64,000 nt of DNA. Source: Geopsychrobacteraceae bacterium. GTDB taxonomy: Bacteria; Desulfobacterota; Desulfuromonadia; Desulfuromonadales; Geopsychrobacteraceae. The stretch is taken from the NCBI GenBank assembly GCA_963662315.1, contig OY759353.1:4288001-4352000 (forward strand), given 5' to 3'. The position numbers and the translations under genes were made by a program. Positions 27,583 through 38,809 of this stretch are shown piece by piece. The notes under the pieces were generated by a model. That model saw only the letters and a list, made by a program, of their open reading frames with translations. It searched no databases and was not told the origin of the DNA. How positions within the stretch are numbered: the first letter of the stretch is position 1; each line of letters opens with the position of its first letter.

Positions 27583-29010
27583 ATGAGACGTTTGAGAAGC
27601 ACATTCTTACTGACTGTATTCATGGTATCCATGGTCGCTGGTTCAGCTTTTGCTGCAACCCCTAAATATGTTTTCTATTTCATCGGCGATGGTTTGGGCG
27701 CCTCGCAACGCCAGGTCGCTGAGTATTACGCTCAACAGGTTGCAGGTGATAGGTCGCTGAAGCTAGCTATGAACACTATGAGTGTTGTCGGGATCAATAC
27801 GACGTATTCCAGCGATTCCCTGGTGACGGATTCTGCTGCTGCCGGGACTGCTTTGGCCACTGGTTACAAGACCAATAACGGCGTCATCAGTCAACTGCCG
27901 AATGGTGAAAAGGTCAAAAGCCTGATTGAAGCTGCGCAGGAGCAAGGTTGGGCAACCGGGATTGTCACAACCACCCGCCTGACTCACGCCACCCCGGCGG
28001 TGTTTGCTTCCCACAATAAATCACGCGATGCCGAAAATGAAATCGCCGCTGATATGTCAGACAGTGGCGTTGATTTTTTTGTCGGCGGTGGCTTCCGTCA
28101 TTTCGTGAAACAAGGGGGGGCGTTCAAATCCAAGCGTAAGGACGACAGGGACCTGGTCCAGGAGATGAGAGTTGCCGGGTACCAGACTTTCGTCGGTGAA
28201 AAGTCGTCAGCGGCGTTCAAAAGCTTTGTCCCTGGAAAAGATTCCAAGGTCTTTGCGGCTTTAACCTATTCTCATATTCCTTATGAGCTTGATCGTATTA
28301 ACGACAACAATAACTCACTTCCTGCCCTGTCTGAAATGACCAACAAGGGCATTGACGTTCTCATGAGTCACGATAAGCCCTTCTTTTTTATGATTGAAGC
28401 CGGGCGTATCGATCACGCCTGTCATGCCAATGATGTTGCAGGTTCCATTTATGACACCCTGGCACTTGACGATGCTGTTAAAGTGGCCCTTGCTTTTTAT
28501 AAGCAACATCCCCAGGAAACTCTGATTGTACTGGTGGGTGATCATGAAACCGGTGGCCTGGGACTTGGTTTTGCTAAAAATTATTTTCTGAAAATGGACG
28601 CTGTCCAGTCGACCAAAGCATCAATAGAAGATGTGATGGTAAATGTTTATAGCGGAGACGTTGATGCCTACCTGAAGACCGTAGCTGAGCGCTTTGGTCT
28701 GGCAGACATGACTGTAGAAGAAAAACAACGCCTTATCGAAGCTGCCACGTTGCAGGATGCAGGCGCAAAAGATGCGGCCGCGTATGGTTCTTATTCACCG
28801 ACCCAGGTCGCTGTTGCCCATATTCTGAGTGAGCGCGCCAATGTTGAGTGGACAACTTTTGCCCATACCGCAACCCAGATTCCAATGGGGGCCGTCGGTG
28901 TTGATGCCATGAGTTTTATGGGCTTTAAAGATAACACTGAAATCGCCAAAACCATGGCTAGCGTCCTGCACTTTCAGCTGACCGAGAAACACTTGGCTTT
29001 GGCTCAGTAA
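27583..29010 (+). CDS. Alkaline phosphatase (PhoA family)
   Basis: FIGDGLG, VTDSAAAGTALATG (catalytic Ser), THATPA, EAGRIDHACHAND, GDHETGG; signal peptide; GAGGAG RBS. Confidence 0.93.
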   Translation: MRRLRSTFLLTVFMVSMVAGSAFAATPKYVFYFIGDGLGASQRQVAEYYAQQVAGDRSLKLAMNTMSVVGINTTYSSDSLVTDSAAAGTALATGYKTNNGVISQLPNGEKVKSLIEAAQEQGWATGIVTTTRLTHATPAVFASHNKSRDAENEIAADMSDSGVDFFVGGGFRHFVKQGGAFKSKRKDDRDLVQEMRVAGYQTFVGEKSSAAFKSFVPGKDSKVFAALTYSHIPYELDRINDNNNSLPALSEMTNKGIDVLMSHDKPFFFMIEAGRIDHACHANDVAGSIYDTLALDDAVKVALAFYKQHPQETLIVLVGDHETGGLGLGFAKNYFLKMDAVQSTKASIEDVMVNVYSGDVDAYLKTVAERFGLADMTVEEKQRLIEAATLQDAGAKDAAAYGSYSPTQVAVAHILSERANVEWTTFAHTATQIPMGAVGVDAMSFMGFKDNTEIAKTMASVLHFQLTEKHLALAQ

Positions 29011-29090
29011 AAGGAACGGTCCATTTGTCTTTACTGCAAAAGGTACGATTTCAACGCTTATATTCTTATTGATATGAGCCGCAGCGGGAC

Positions 29091-30308
29091 TTGTCGGTGC
29101 GGCTCATAGAGTTTACAGGAAAACAAATAAAAGTGACTTCAGGAAAAGTTGTTTTTTTTATCATGATTCTTTTGTGCGGCCTGGGTCTCGGGACGATAGA
29201 GGCGGACTCTGAGCCTGTTCAGACCGACGTTGTTGAGTTGCGTGGGGTTGTTACTGCGGTCGATAATTCGGAGCTGATCTCATCCGGCGTCGGTCATTTA
29301 GGCAGTCAGACTCTTACCGTAACCGTGATGAACGGACCCTTTAAAGGACAGTCGATTGGTGCCAATAACGGCCTGATTGGATCCTTGGAGATTGATGAGA
29401 TCTATAGCCCCGGAGACACCGCTATTGTTGCTGCCCAGATAACAGGCGATGGAATCAGTTACGCGAAAACGATCAGTCAGTATCGCCAACGCTGGGAAGG
29501 CATTCTGTTTGCTGTCTTTGTTGTGTTGCTGGTGCTTTATGCCGGGACAGTCGGACTGAAAGCTTTACTGAGTTTTGTCGCCAGCGTTGTTATTCTGTGG
29601 GAATTTTTATTGCCCGGTCTACTGGCGGGGCAGAACCCGTTGCTGCTGACTGGCCTCACGTTGACGCTGCTGACCATAATGATCATTTTTCTGGTCGGTG
29701 GCGTGTCACGCAAAGCCGTAGCGGCAACCATTGGCACTCTGGCGGGCTTGGCGGTTGCTTTGCTGTTGACGGTTATTTTTGGTCAATTGCTCGAACTCAG
29801 CGGTATGACAGCGCCGTTTGCGCCCACCCTGATTCTTTCGGGACACTTTGACCTGAACATGCAGGAAATTTTTTACGCTGCTGTTGTGCTTGGGGCTTCA
29901 GGAGCCGCTATGGATATTGCCATGGATGTGGCGGCTTCGATGCTGGAGGTGAAACAGGCCTGCCCGGACATCAGCACAAGAAAGCTGCTGAATTCGGGAC
30001 TGAATGTCGGGCGGGCGGTTGTTGGCACCATGACGACCACCCTTTTGCTGGCCTATTCGGGAGGCTACCTGACCATGCTGATGCTGTTTGTCTCTAAAGA
30101 CACCTCGCTGCTGCGCATTTTGAATTTTAAAATGGTTGCCGCAGAGATCTTTCGCACTCTCGTTGGGAGTATCGGTCTGGTTGCTGTTGCTCCCCTTACC
30201 GCTCTTGTTGCGGCCTGGCTCTACAGGTCAATGCCGGTTGTGATGTTTCGGCACGAAGAACTGCAGATGCAGGTGCAAGAGGACATCCTGTCGGAGCCTG
30301 TTCGTTGA
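29091..30308 (+). CDS. YibE/F family membrane protein (start uncertain)
   Basis: GASGAAMDIAMDVAASM, SGLNVGRAVVGTMTTTLLLAYSGG, AEIFRTLVGSIGLV. Confidence 0.85.
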   Translation: MSVRLIEFTGKQIKVTSGKVVFFIMILLCGLGLGTIEADSEPVQTDVVELRGVVTAVDNSELISSGVGHLGSQTLTVTVMNGPFKGQSIGANNGLIGSLEIDEIYSPGDTAIVAAQITGDGISYAKTISQYRQRWEGILFAVFVVLLVLYAGTVGLKALLSFVASVVILWEFLLPGLLAGQNPLLLTGLTLTLLTIMIIFLVGGVSRKAVAATIGTLAGLAVALLLTVIFGQLLELSGMTAPFAPTLILSGHFDLNMQEIFYAAVVLGASGAAMDIAMDVAASMLEVKQACPDISTRKLLNSGLNVGRAVVGTMTTTLLLAYSGGYLTMLMLFVSKDTSLLRILNFKMVAAEIFRTLVGSIGLVAVAPLTALVAAWLYRSMPVVMFRHEELQMQVQEDILSEPVR

Positions 30309-30335
30309 CAGACTCCGATCCGCTATTGTGCCCTG

Positions 30336-31115
30336 TTATAAAAACAGCTCTGGCTGCTTTGGTTCGCTGCAGTTTTTCAGCAACATCTCGCGTCTGACCT
30401 GAACATATTCATCGGTAAAGATCCGTGCACTGGTCGGGCAGCTTTTGACACAGGCACAGCAGATGATACAGTTGGCTGCGTCTGTTGTAACACTGTCTGT
30501 GACACGGATAACATCAACCGGGCAGACTTGCGCGCAGGTATTACACAGGGTGCAACTGGCTGTCGCTGTTTCCGGAGCGACCCCGCCAAAGGTCACGCGC
30601 TCCCGGTAAGGATGGTTGCCGGCAATGACGGGATCCTGATCAGGGCTTGCTTGCAATTTGTCCGCAATTTGCTGGCCAAACTGCAGGGCCTGTTTGCAGT
30701 CATTATCATCTGGTCGGCTTAGAGCGACCGGATAGTCTTTGGTCGCATAGGAATGTTCACCGATAAACGCCCCGGCAGCAACGACTTTGAAACCATGCCC
30801 TTCAACCACATCGCGCAGTTCAACCAGCGCATCCTCATAGGCCCGGTTACCATACAGGGCAACCAGTACTGCCGGAGTGCCGGTACCCGTAATTTCGGCA
30901 AAGCGCTCAAGGCAGACTTCAGGAACTCGGCCGGCGTAAACCGGTATCCCGAAAATGACGATACCATCGCTAATTATAAAATCGTTGGCGGTGCCTGGCC
31001 GGGTCAGGTCGTGGTCTATAATACTGCCAGGATTCAAGCCTGTGGCAATCTGTTTGACGATGGTTCTGGTGGTGCCGGTCGGTGAAAAATAGACAAGATG
31101 TGCGACTGAAGTCAT
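30336..31115 (-). CDS. Flavodoxin-like + 4Fe-4S ferredoxin protein (EFR1 family)
   Basis: YFSPTGTT, PVYAGRVP, YGNRAYEDAL, FIGEHS, two CxxCxxCxxxCP motifs. Confidence 0.87.
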   Translation of the reverse strand: MTSVAHLVYFSPTGTTRTIVKQIATGLNPGSIIDHDLTRPGTANDFIISDGIVIFGIPVYAGRVPEVCLERFAEITGTGTPAVLVALYGNRAYEDALVELRDVVEGHGFKVVAAGAFIGEHSYATKDYPVALSRPDDNDCKQALQFGQQIADKLQASPDQDPVIAGNHPYRERVTFGGVAPETATASCTLCNTCAQVCPVDVIRVTDSVTTDAANCIICCACVKSCPTSARIFTDEYVQVRREMLLKNCSEPKQPELFL

Positions 31116-31189
31116 GACAGGTCTCCTGTAAGATGAATAACAATCAATCAGGGCAACCGTGCTGGTAGGGGCACCGTTGCCCATCCCCT

Positions 31190-31852
31190 TTACCAGGGGA
31201 GATTTTCGCCGTTGGTATGCCAGAAAGAACCGCTGTTATCCAGCGTCAGTTCTTCGATCCTGGCGATCAGGCCGATGGCAGAGTCTTCCGGGGTGATCAT
31301 TCCCCCAAAATTAACCATGCGGGTTTTAACAAAACCGGGGTGCAGCAGCGCTACCGCAATGCCGCGCTCTTTAAGATCCATTGCCAGGGATTTGCCAAAG
31401 GCATTGAGCGCTGCTTTAGAGGCACGGTAACCGTAACGACCACCGGATGTATTGTCCGTAATCGAGCCCATGCGGCTGGTAATAAGGGCAATCTTGCTCC
31501 CGTTGGTGAGGTTTGGCAAGAGTGTTTCGGTGACCCGCAAAGGGGCATAGGCATTGATTTCCATCTGAGCCCGGATCGAATCCAAGTCAATGGAACCAAG
31601 GACTTCATCCTGCAACAGACCGGCATTGTTGATCAGCAGATCAATGCTGTCGTCTTTCAGTTCGCTGGCCAGTTTGACTAAGCTTGCAGCGCGGGTGACA
31701 TCAATACCGGTGATAACTCTGGCAGCAACCCGTTCAATCCCTGGTGCAGAGGAACGACAGACAGCGGTAATCCGCCAGCCATGCTTTTGATATTGTTCGG
31801 CCAGAGCTAACCCGATACCACGGTTTGCTCCGGTGATAACGACATGTTTCAT
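31190..31852 (-). CDS. Short-chain dehydrogenase/reductase (CsgA/C-factor-like)
   Basis: TGANRGIG, NNAG, YRASK, LHPGFVKT. Confidence 0.92.
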   Translation of the reverse strand: MKHVVITGANRGIGLALAEQYQKHGWRITAVCRSSAPGIERVAARVITGIDVTRAASLVKLASELKDDSIDLLINNAGLLQDEVLGSIDLDSIRAQMEINAYAPLRVTETLLPNLTNGSKIALITSRMGSITDNTSGGRYGYRASKAALNAFGKSLAMDLKERGIAVALLHPGFVKTRMVNFGGMITPEDSAIGLIARIEELTLDNSGSFWHTNGENLPW

Positions 31853-32216
31853 ATTTTACTCCTGACGATTTGAAATGGACATATTTTTAATTTACCTTAT
31901 TGCCAGTATAGGTCGTCTCCAGGTCAGATTTCAAATTGTGGTGCTGGTTATGAAAAAGCTTGAAAGAGGTACCTCGTTCTGTCAGGCCTTAAATTGAAAC
32001 GAAGAGTGCCGCCCCGTGCAGATTGACTGTTGTTGAGCTGCTTATCTTGTCTGCCCTTGGAACCACATGGTTTATTTGGCTACTTCTCTTCAAAAAACGC
32101 TTTGTTAGTGATTTTTCCTCATGAGCTTGTTATTGTAACCGACTGAACTTTCTATTGAACCTGACTCCGGTTGTGTCCTCTATGTCCGGATTTGGCTGAT
32201 AAGTTGTTGGAATAAC

Positions 32217-32804
32217 ATGCTGTTAATGATCGATAATTACGACTCCTTCACCTATAACCTGGTTCAGTATTTTCTCGAACTGGGGCAGTATGTCAAGGTG
32301 GTGCGTAATGATCAGGTGACTCTGGACGACATTGCTGAGCTTGCCCCAGATTATCTGGTTATCTCTCCGGGCCCGGGTACGCCGTCCCAGGCGGGAATTT
32401 CCATTGCCGCAATTGAACGCTTTGCCGGAAAAATTCCACTGCTCGGGATTTGCCTGGGGCATCAGGCTATTGTAGAGGCCTGCGGTGGCCGGGTGGTACG
32501 GGCCTCGCAGCTGATGCATGGTAAAACCAGCTCGATTTATCACGATGGGAGCCTCTTGTTTACCGGGATGTCTGACCCGTTTACGGCAACTCGTTACCAC
32601 TCGCTGATTGCCGAACGTGAAAGCTTTCCGGCGTGTCTGAAAATGACGGCCTGGACTGCAGAGGATGAGATCATGGGCCTGGAGCATCGCGATTTATCTG
32701 TCTGGGGTGTTCAGTTTCATCCAGAATCTATTTTATCCAGTGAGGGGAAAAATCTGCTCACAAATTACCTCAATGCGTCCGTTATGAGTGGAGAGCGATT
32801 ATGA
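32217..32804 (+). CDS. trpG: Anthranilate/aminodeoxychorismate synthase component II
   Basis: [32 protein letters not shown]; heads the trp operon and could also act as PabA. Confidence 0.88.
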   Translation: MLLMIDNYDSFTYNLVQYFLELGQYVKVVRNDQVTLDDIAELAPDYLVISPGPGTPSQAGISIAAIERFAGKIPLLGICLGHQAIVEACGGRVVRASQLMHGKTSSIYHDGSLLFTGMSDPFTATRYHSLIAERESFPACLKMTAWTAEDEIMGLEHRDLSVWGVQFHPESILSSEGKNLLTNYLNASVMSGERL

Positions 32805-33850
32805 TCAAGGAAGCAATAGCTAAGCTGGTTGAGCGCCAGGATCTCAACGAGATGGAAATGATTGATGCCATGAACCAGATTATGGGCGGTGAGGCGACCC
32901 CTGCCCAGATCGGGGCTTTTATCACGGCTTTACGTATGAAGGGGGAAACCATTCCCGAGATCATTGGTGCGGCGCGGGTGATGCGCGCTCATGCGACCCC
33001 GATCCGGGTCGGGGATGTTGTTGATATTGACCGTGATGATATCAATATCGACCGCGAGACCATTCTGGATACCTGCGGTACCGGTGGCAGTGGAACACGC
33101 AGCTTTAATATTTCGACAACGGTTGCCCTTATTGTCGCCGCCTGTGGAGGGAAAGTCGCCAAGCACGGCAACCGCAGTGTTTCTTCATCCTGCGGTAGTG
33201 CCGATGTTCTTGAGCAGCTGGGGGTGAAACTTGATGTCGCTCCGGAATTGGTCGCCGAGTGTATCAATGAAATCGGTGTCGGTTTTCTGTTCGCCCCGGC
33301 TCTGCATGGAGCGATGAAATACGCTATTGGTCCGCGCCGCGAAATCGGCATACGCACGATCTTCAATGTTCTCGGTCCTCTGACGAACCCGGCTGGGGCC
33401 AACCGCCAGGTGCTGGGCGTCTATCGGGAAGATTTGGTGGAACCGTTGGCTAAGGTTCTGCTGAGTCTGGGGTGCCGACGCGGCTTTGTGGTTCACGGCA
33501 GTGACGGGATGGACGAGATTACCCTGACCGGACCAACCCTGGTTGCTGCAATTAGCGGCAATGCCGTTGATATTCAGACGATAGAGCCGGAGCAGTTTGG
33601 TTTTAAACGCTGCTCGCTGGCCGAATTGCAGGGGGGGGATGCGGCAGAAAATGCCGGTATTGTCACCGCAATTCTGACCGGTGAGACTGGTCCCAAACGG
33701 GATATCGTGCTGTTGAACAGTGCCTATGCCCTGGTTGCTGCAGGGTTGGCGGAAAATGTTGATAGCGGGATAGAACTGGCGAGCGACAGTATTGACAGTG
33801 GCCGGGCCAAGGCCACTCTTGACGATCTGATACGGATGACGAATCAATGA
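32801..33850 (+). CDS. trpD: Anthranilate phosphoribosyltransferase
   Basis: [39 protein letters not shown]. Confidence 0.96.
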   Translation: MIKEAIAKLVERQDLNEMEMIDAMNQIMGGEATPAQIGAFITALRMKGETIPEIIGAARVMRAHATPIRVGDVVDIDRDDINIDRETILDTCGTGGSGTRSFNISTTVALIVAACGGKVAKHGNRSVSSSCGSADVLEQLGVKLDVAPELVAECINEIGVGFLFAPALHGAMKYAIGPRREIGIRTIFNVLGPLTNPAGANRQVLGVYREDLVEPLAKVLLSLGCRRGFVVHGSDGMDEITLTGPTLVAAISGNAVDIQTIEPEQFGFKRCSLAELQGGDAAENAGIVTAILTGETGPKRDIVLLNSAYALVAAGLAENVDSGIELASDSIDSGRAKATLDDLIRMTNQ

Positions 33851-34641
33851 TCCTTGAACGTATTTTAGAAACGAAAAAGCAGGAAGTTGCAGCGGCGAAA
33901 AGTCGCATGTCATGCGCCGATCAGATGGCCCGTATCGGTGATCTGGAAGACCAGCCCCGCGGTTTTGCCCGGGCGCTGCGGACCATGCGCGATTCAGGCG
34001 GCACTGCCCTGATAACCGAAGTAAAAAAAGCGTCACCATCCAAGGGGATTATTCGTGCGGATTTTGATCCCCTCGCCATCGCTGAAATTTATCAGGATCA
34101 TGGTGCCACCTGCCTGTCGGTACTGACAGACGAACAGTTTTTTCAGGGCCACCTGCGCTACCTGGCCCTGATCCGTGAGCAGGTGTCGCTTCCCTTGCTG
34201 CGTAAGGATTTTATTATCGACCCCTATCAGGTGTATGAAGCTCGTGCCGCAGGAGCTGATGCTATTTTGCTGATCGCTGCGGCTCTGGATGATGGTCAGA
34301 TGGCAGATCTGGCCGGGTTGGCTGCCGAACAACGGCTCGATACCTTGCTCGAGGTGCATGATGAGGAAGAACTGGAACGGGCGCTTAAGGTTTCGGTTGA
34401 CCTGATAGGGATTAACAACCGTAACCTGAAAACCTTTGTCACCGACCTTGGTGTAACAGAGCGGCTGGCCGGCAGGATACCACCGCAACAGCTGGCGATT
34501 GCCGAGAGCGGAATTAATACCCGCGCCGATATCGAGCGTCTGCAACAGGCCGGGGCCGGAGCTTTTCTGATTGGCGAGAGTCTGATGCGCGAAACGGATA
34601 TCGGGGCCAAAATGCAAACGCTGCTGGGGATTACGGACTGA
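33847..34641 (+). CDS. trpC: Indole-3-glycerol phosphate synthase
   Basis: [34 protein letters not shown]. Confidence 0.96.
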   Translation: MILERILETKKQEVAAAKSRMSCADQMARIGDLEDQPRGFARALRTMRDSGGTALITEVKKASPSKGIIRADFDPLAIAEIYQDHGATCLSVLTDEQFFQGHLRYLALIREQVSLPLLRKDFIIDPYQVYEARAAGADAILLIAAALDDGQMADLAGLAAEQRLDTLLEVHDEEELERALKVSVDLIGINNRNLKTFVTDLGVTERLAGRIPPQQLAIAESGINTRADIERLQQAGAGAFLIGESLMRETDIGAKMQTLLGITD

Positions 34642-34642
34642 T

Positions 34643-35260
34643 ATGCAGACGCCGCGAATCAAGATATGTGGCATTACCTCGGCTGCAGATGCGCTTGCTG
34701 TTGTTGCTGCGGGTGCGGATGCCCTGGGGTTTGTTTTTTATGATAAAAGCCCCCGCTGTGTGAGTGTGGCTACGGTTGCCGATATTGTTGGCGTATTGCC
34801 CCCCTTCGTGACGACTGTTGGCCTGTTTGTCAATGCCGATCGGCACGTAATTAAGGAGACCATGCTGAACGCACGCCTTGATGTCGTTCAACTGCATGGT
34901 GATGAGCAGCCGCACGATTGTCATCTGGCTCCGTGGCGCACCATAAAGGCTCTGCGGGTCAAAGATACAGATTCTTTGAACGGTGCTGCGGACTATCCGG
35001 TTTCGGCATTGCTTCTGGATGCCTGGAGTGACGAGGCTTACGGTGGTACCGGGCATCGGTTCGACTGGCAGTTGGTCCAGCAATTGAATGTCAACCGGCC
35101 GGTTATTCTGGCTGGTGGCTTAACGCCGGACAATGTGGCCACCGCAGTTGCGACGGTCAGACCCTATGGTGTGGATGTCTCAAGTGGCGTGGAGCTGAGC
35201 CCGGGATGCAAAGATATCGCTAAAGTCAGAAAATTTATCAAGCAGGTGAGGAACGCATGA
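34643..35260 (+). CDS. trpF: Phosphoribosylanthranilate isomerase
   Basis: [33 protein letters not shown]. Confidence 0.96.
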   Translation: MQTPRIKICGITSAADALAVVAAGADALGFVFYDKSPRCVSVATVADIVGVLPPFVTTVGLFVNADRHVIKETMLNARLDVVQLHGDEQPHDCHLAPWRTIKALRVKDTDSLNGAADYPVSALLLDAWSDEAYGGTGHRFDWQLVQQLNVNRPVILAGGLTPDNVATAVATVRPYGVDVSSGVELSPGCKDIAKVRKFIKQVRNA

Positions 35261-36453
35261 ATTATACCTATCCGGATGGAAAAGGTCATTTCGGGATCTA
35301 TGGCGGACGTTATGTCGCGGAAACGCTGATGCCCGCCCTGCTCGAGCTGGAGCAGGCCTACGCTGAGGCGCAGAAGGATCCTGAGTTTTATCGTGAATTT
35401 GAGTATTACCTGAAAAATTATGTCGGTCGTCCCAGTCCGCTTTATTATGCCGAACGGCTGAGCAAAGAGCTTGGCGGGGCTAAAATATACCTGAAACGGG
35501 AAGACCTGAACCATACTGGTGCCCACAAGGTTAACAATACCGTTGGGCAGATTCTGCTGGCGCGGCGCATGGGGAAAAAGAAGGTTATTGCCGAGACCGG
35601 GGCCGGGCAGCACGGCGTGGCAACGGCAACCGTTGCTGCTCTGTTCGGTATGGAATGTGAAATTTTCATGGGGAAGGAGGACATTCGCCGCCAATCTCTG
35701 AATGTTTTCCGTATGCGTCTGCTCGGCGCCAAGGTGCGGGAATGTACCAGTGGAACCGCAACCCTGAAAGATGCCATGAATGACGCTTTACGCCACTGGG
35801 TCACCCATGTGCGCGACACCTTCTACGTTATCGGAACGGTAGCCGGACCCCATCCCTACCCGCAGCTGGTGCGTGATTTCCAGTCGATTATTGGTAGCGA
35901 GGCAAAGGAACAGCTGCAGGAAGCTGAAGGTAAATTGCCGGATGTCGCGGTGGCCTGTATCGGTGGTGGTTCCAACGCCATGGGGCTGTTCTACCCCTTT
36001 ATTAAGGATACCTCTGTGCGTTTGCTGGGCGTGGAAGCGGCTGGCTTCGGTGTTGAAACCGGTAAGCATGCGGCGTCTATTTCTGCCGGACTGCCTGGTG
36101 TTCTGCATGGTAACAAAACCTATCTGTTGCAGGATGAGGACGGCCAGATTCAGCATGCCCACTCCATATCGGCCGGACTTGATTACCCGGGTGTCGGACC
36201 TGAACACTCTCATCTGAACGATATTAAACGTGCCGAGTACGTTTCTATAACGGATGATGAAGCGCTCGACGGCTTCCTGAAACTAACCCGCATTGAAGGA
36301 ATTATTCCCGCCCTGGAAAGTGCCCATGCGATCGCCCAGGTGGTTAATCTGGCTCCGACCATGGCCAAGGACCAGATCATCCTGGTATGTCTGTCGGGTC
36401 GCGGGGATAAGGATATCCATACTGTTGCTGATGCAATGAAAGTTGAACTGTAA
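35257..36453 (+). CDS. trpB: Tryptophan synthase beta chain
   Basis: [40 protein letters not shown]. Confidence 0.97.
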   Translation: MNYTYPDGKGHFGIYGGRYVAETLMPALLELEQAYAEAQKDPEFYREFEYYLKNYVGRPSPLYYAERLSKELGGAKIYLKREDLNHTGAHKVNNTVGQILLARRMGKKKVIAETGAGQHGVATATVAALFGMECEIFMGKEDIRRQSLNVFRMRLLGAKVRECTSGTATLKDAMNDALRHWVTHVRDTFYVIGTVAGPHPYPQLVRDFQSIIGSEAKEQLQEAEGKLPDVAVACIGGGSNAMGLFYPFIKDTSVRLLGVEAAGFGVETGKHAASISAGLPGVLHGNKTYLLQDEDGQIQHAHSISAGLDYPGVGPEHSHLNDIKRAEYVSITDDEALDGFLKLTRIEGIIPALESAHAIAQVVNLAPTMAKDQIILVCLSGRGDKDIHTVADAMKVEL

Positions 36454-37772
36454 TGAAATTTTCTGAACTGCCGCTGCCGGATGTGGTACAGCAGGGGATT
36501 GTTGCCGCTGGCTTTGAAACCTTGACGCCCGTGCAGCAGGAATCGATTCCGTTGGCCCTTAAAGGGAAAGATGTTGCCGCACAGGCGCAGACCGGTACCG
36601 GGAAGACGGCGGCATTCCTGATTTCGCTGTTTTGCCGCTTGCTGTCCTCCAGCAAAACGACGGATAATAATCCGCGCGCCCTGGTCATGGCCCCAACCCG
36701 TGAGCTGGTGGTGCAGATCTGCAAGGATGCCGAGACCCTCGGACGGTTTACCAATCTGAAGGTGCAGCCGATCTTTGGTGGTGTCGATTATGAGAAGCAG
36801 CGCCAGGCTCTTAAGGATGGCGTGGATATTATCGTTGCGACACCCGGGCGCCTGATCGATTACTACAAACAAAAAGTTTTTTCCCTTAAGCGGGTCGAAG
36901 CGTTGGTGATTGATGAAGCGGATCGCATGTTCGATATGGGCTTTATCAAGGATCTGCGTTACCTGCTGCGTAAACTTCCCCCGTTTGAAAAACGCCAGAC
37001 CATGCTCTTTTCGGCAACCCTGTCTTCGCAGGTCATGGAACTGGCTTACGAGTTTATGGATCTTGCGGAACGCGTAGAGATTGCTCCAAAGCAGGTTGCC
37101 GCTGAAAATATTGAGCAGATTCTTTACCATGTCGGGCGTCATGAGAAGTTTGCACTGCTTATGGGGCTCTTGAAGCGGGAGGCCGACAACGCTGAACGGG
37201 TGATGCTGTTTGTCAACACCAAAGCGGAAGGGGAGCGCCTGGATGCTTTGCTTCAGGCCAACGGTATTGCCAGCGCTGTTTTGTCAGGTGATATCCCGCA
37301 GAAAAAGCGGATGCGAATTCTGGACCAGTTCAAGCTGGGGAGCCTGACGCATCTGGTGGCCACCGATGTCGCGTCTCGGGGAATTCATGTTGATGGTGTG
37401 ACCCATGTCATCAATTATGATCTGCCTCAGGACCGGGAAGATTATGTGCACCGTATCGGTCGTACCGCACGCGCCGGTGCCAGTGGCCTGGCCATCAGTT
37501 TTGCTGATGAAGAGACCGTTTACGTCATTGCCGATATCGAAGATTATATGGGGTTTCCCATCCCCAGCGAAATGCCCTTGGATGAAGATTTCGACTTTGA
37601 TTTCAAGCGGGCTTCGGCCAAACGCAAAAAGCCGCAACCGCCACCGCCTGAGAAAAGCGGGGCACCCAAACGGCGTAAAAGAAAGCGGCGGCCGAAAAGC
37701 AAAAAGCCGCAAGCCGAGGGTGCCCAGAAGCAGGGGGCAGATGCCTCGGGCTCAAAAGAGACGCCTTCCTGA
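36453..37772 (+). CDS. DEAD-box RNA helicase (RhlB-like)
   Basis: AQTGTGKT, PTREL, DEAD, SAT, HRIGRTAR; basic C-terminal tail. Confidence 0.93.
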   Translation: MKFSELPLPDVVQQGIVAAGFETLTPVQQESIPLALKGKDVAAQAQTGTGKTAAFLISLFCRLLSSSKTTDNNPRALVMAPTRELVVQICKDAETLGRFTNLKVQPIFGGVDYEKQRQALKDGVDIIVATPGRLIDYYKQKVFSLKRVEALVIDEADRMFDMGFIKDLRYLLRKLPPFEKRQTMLFSATLSSQVMELAYEFMDLAERVEIAPKQVAAENIEQILYHVGRHEKFALLMGLLKREADNAERVMLFVNTKAEGERLDALLQANGIASAVLSGDIPQKKRMRILDQFKLGSLTHLVATDVASRGIHVDGVTHVINYDLPQDREDYVHRIGRTARAGASGLAISFADEETVYVIADIEDYMGFPIPSEMPLDEDFDFDFKRASAKRKKPQPPPPEKSGAPKRRKRKRRPKSKKPQAEGAQKQGADASGSKETPS

Positions 37773-37931
37773 TACTGTTTTGCTGGGATTAGAAAAGGAT
37801 TGAAATGAGATAGGGGAGTGGCTAAACTGATGGCTTTATGCAAGCTGTCAAGCTGGCCGTGACTGAATAAACGACGATGTTCCTTCTGGAAGCGGGTTGT
37901 CTCCGGCCGGAAACTGTATTGAGCGGGGCTT

Positions 37932-38738
37932 ATGTCTAGAATAGAAACAGTTTTTTCGCAACTTAAAGAGCGCGGTGAAAAGGCGCTTATCCCTTTTATA
38001 ACTGCCGGTGATCCAGATCTGGCAACGACGGCCAAGTTGATTCCGGCACTGGCTCAGGCCGGGGCAGATGTTATTGAGCTTGGCGTGCCGTTTTCTGACC
38101 CGATGGCGGATGGACCCACCATCCAGGCGGCCTCGGAACGGGCCCTGGCAAATGGGGTGACCCAGGAAAAAATTCTTGCCATGGTTGCCGAGGTGCGACG
38201 TGAAACGGAGGTGCCCATCGTCCTGATGGGTTATTATAATCCGATTTATCGCTATGGCGCTGAACGTTTTACCAAAGACGCCGCGGTTGCCGGGGTTGAT
38301 GGTCTGCTGATCGTTGATCTGCCGCCGGAAGAAGCCGGGGAGATTACTGATGCCATGACCGCTTCCGGTCTTGACCTGATCACCCTGTTGGCCCCGACGA
38401 CACCATTTGAACGTATGCAGCGCCTGGCTGCGGAGGCTAAAGGGTATTTGTATTACGTTTCAATGACAGGGGTGACCGGGGCACAGAAAATTGCTCCGGA
38501 AGATATCCGTATGGCGGTTTCGGCTCTTAAGGATATGACGACCGTTCCGGTTGGAGTCGGTTTTGGTATCACCACGGCAGAGGATGCCGCTTCGGTCGGT
38601 GAATTTGCCGATGGCGTGGTTGTTGGCAGCGCCTTGGTAAAATTGATTCATGAATATGCCGATCGTCCCGAACTGTTAGAAAAAGTTGGCGGATTTATTT
38701 CACAGCTCAAGTCAGGGCTTCTACCCGCAGCAAACTAA
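37932..38738 (+). CDS. trpA: Tryptophan synthase alpha chain
   Basis: ELGVPFSDPMADGPTIQ, MGYYNP, GVTG, GFGI. Confidence 0.97.
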   Translation: MSRIETVFSQLKERGEKALIPFITAGDPDLATTAKLIPALAQAGADVIELGVPFSDPMADGPTIQAASERALANGVTQEKILAMVAEVRRETEVPIVLMGYYNPIYRYGAERFTKDAAVAGVDGLLIVDLPPEEAGEITDAMTASGLDLITLLAPTTPFERMQRLAAEAKGYLYYVSMTGVTGAQKIAPEDIRMAVSALKDMTTVPVGVGFGITTAEDAASVGEFADGVVVGSALVKLIHEYADRPELLEKVGGFISQLKSGLLPAAN

Positions 38739-38809
38739 TGCGGTTTTACCGTTGTTTGATGCTTCACACCTCATAGTGATGTAGGTGCATACAATAAAAA
38801 GGATAATCC

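Noticed and set aside
31853..32216. trpE remnant or TrpR operator ahead of the main trp operon
   Set aside because: No TrpE-like translation and no ACTAG-type palindrome found by eye.
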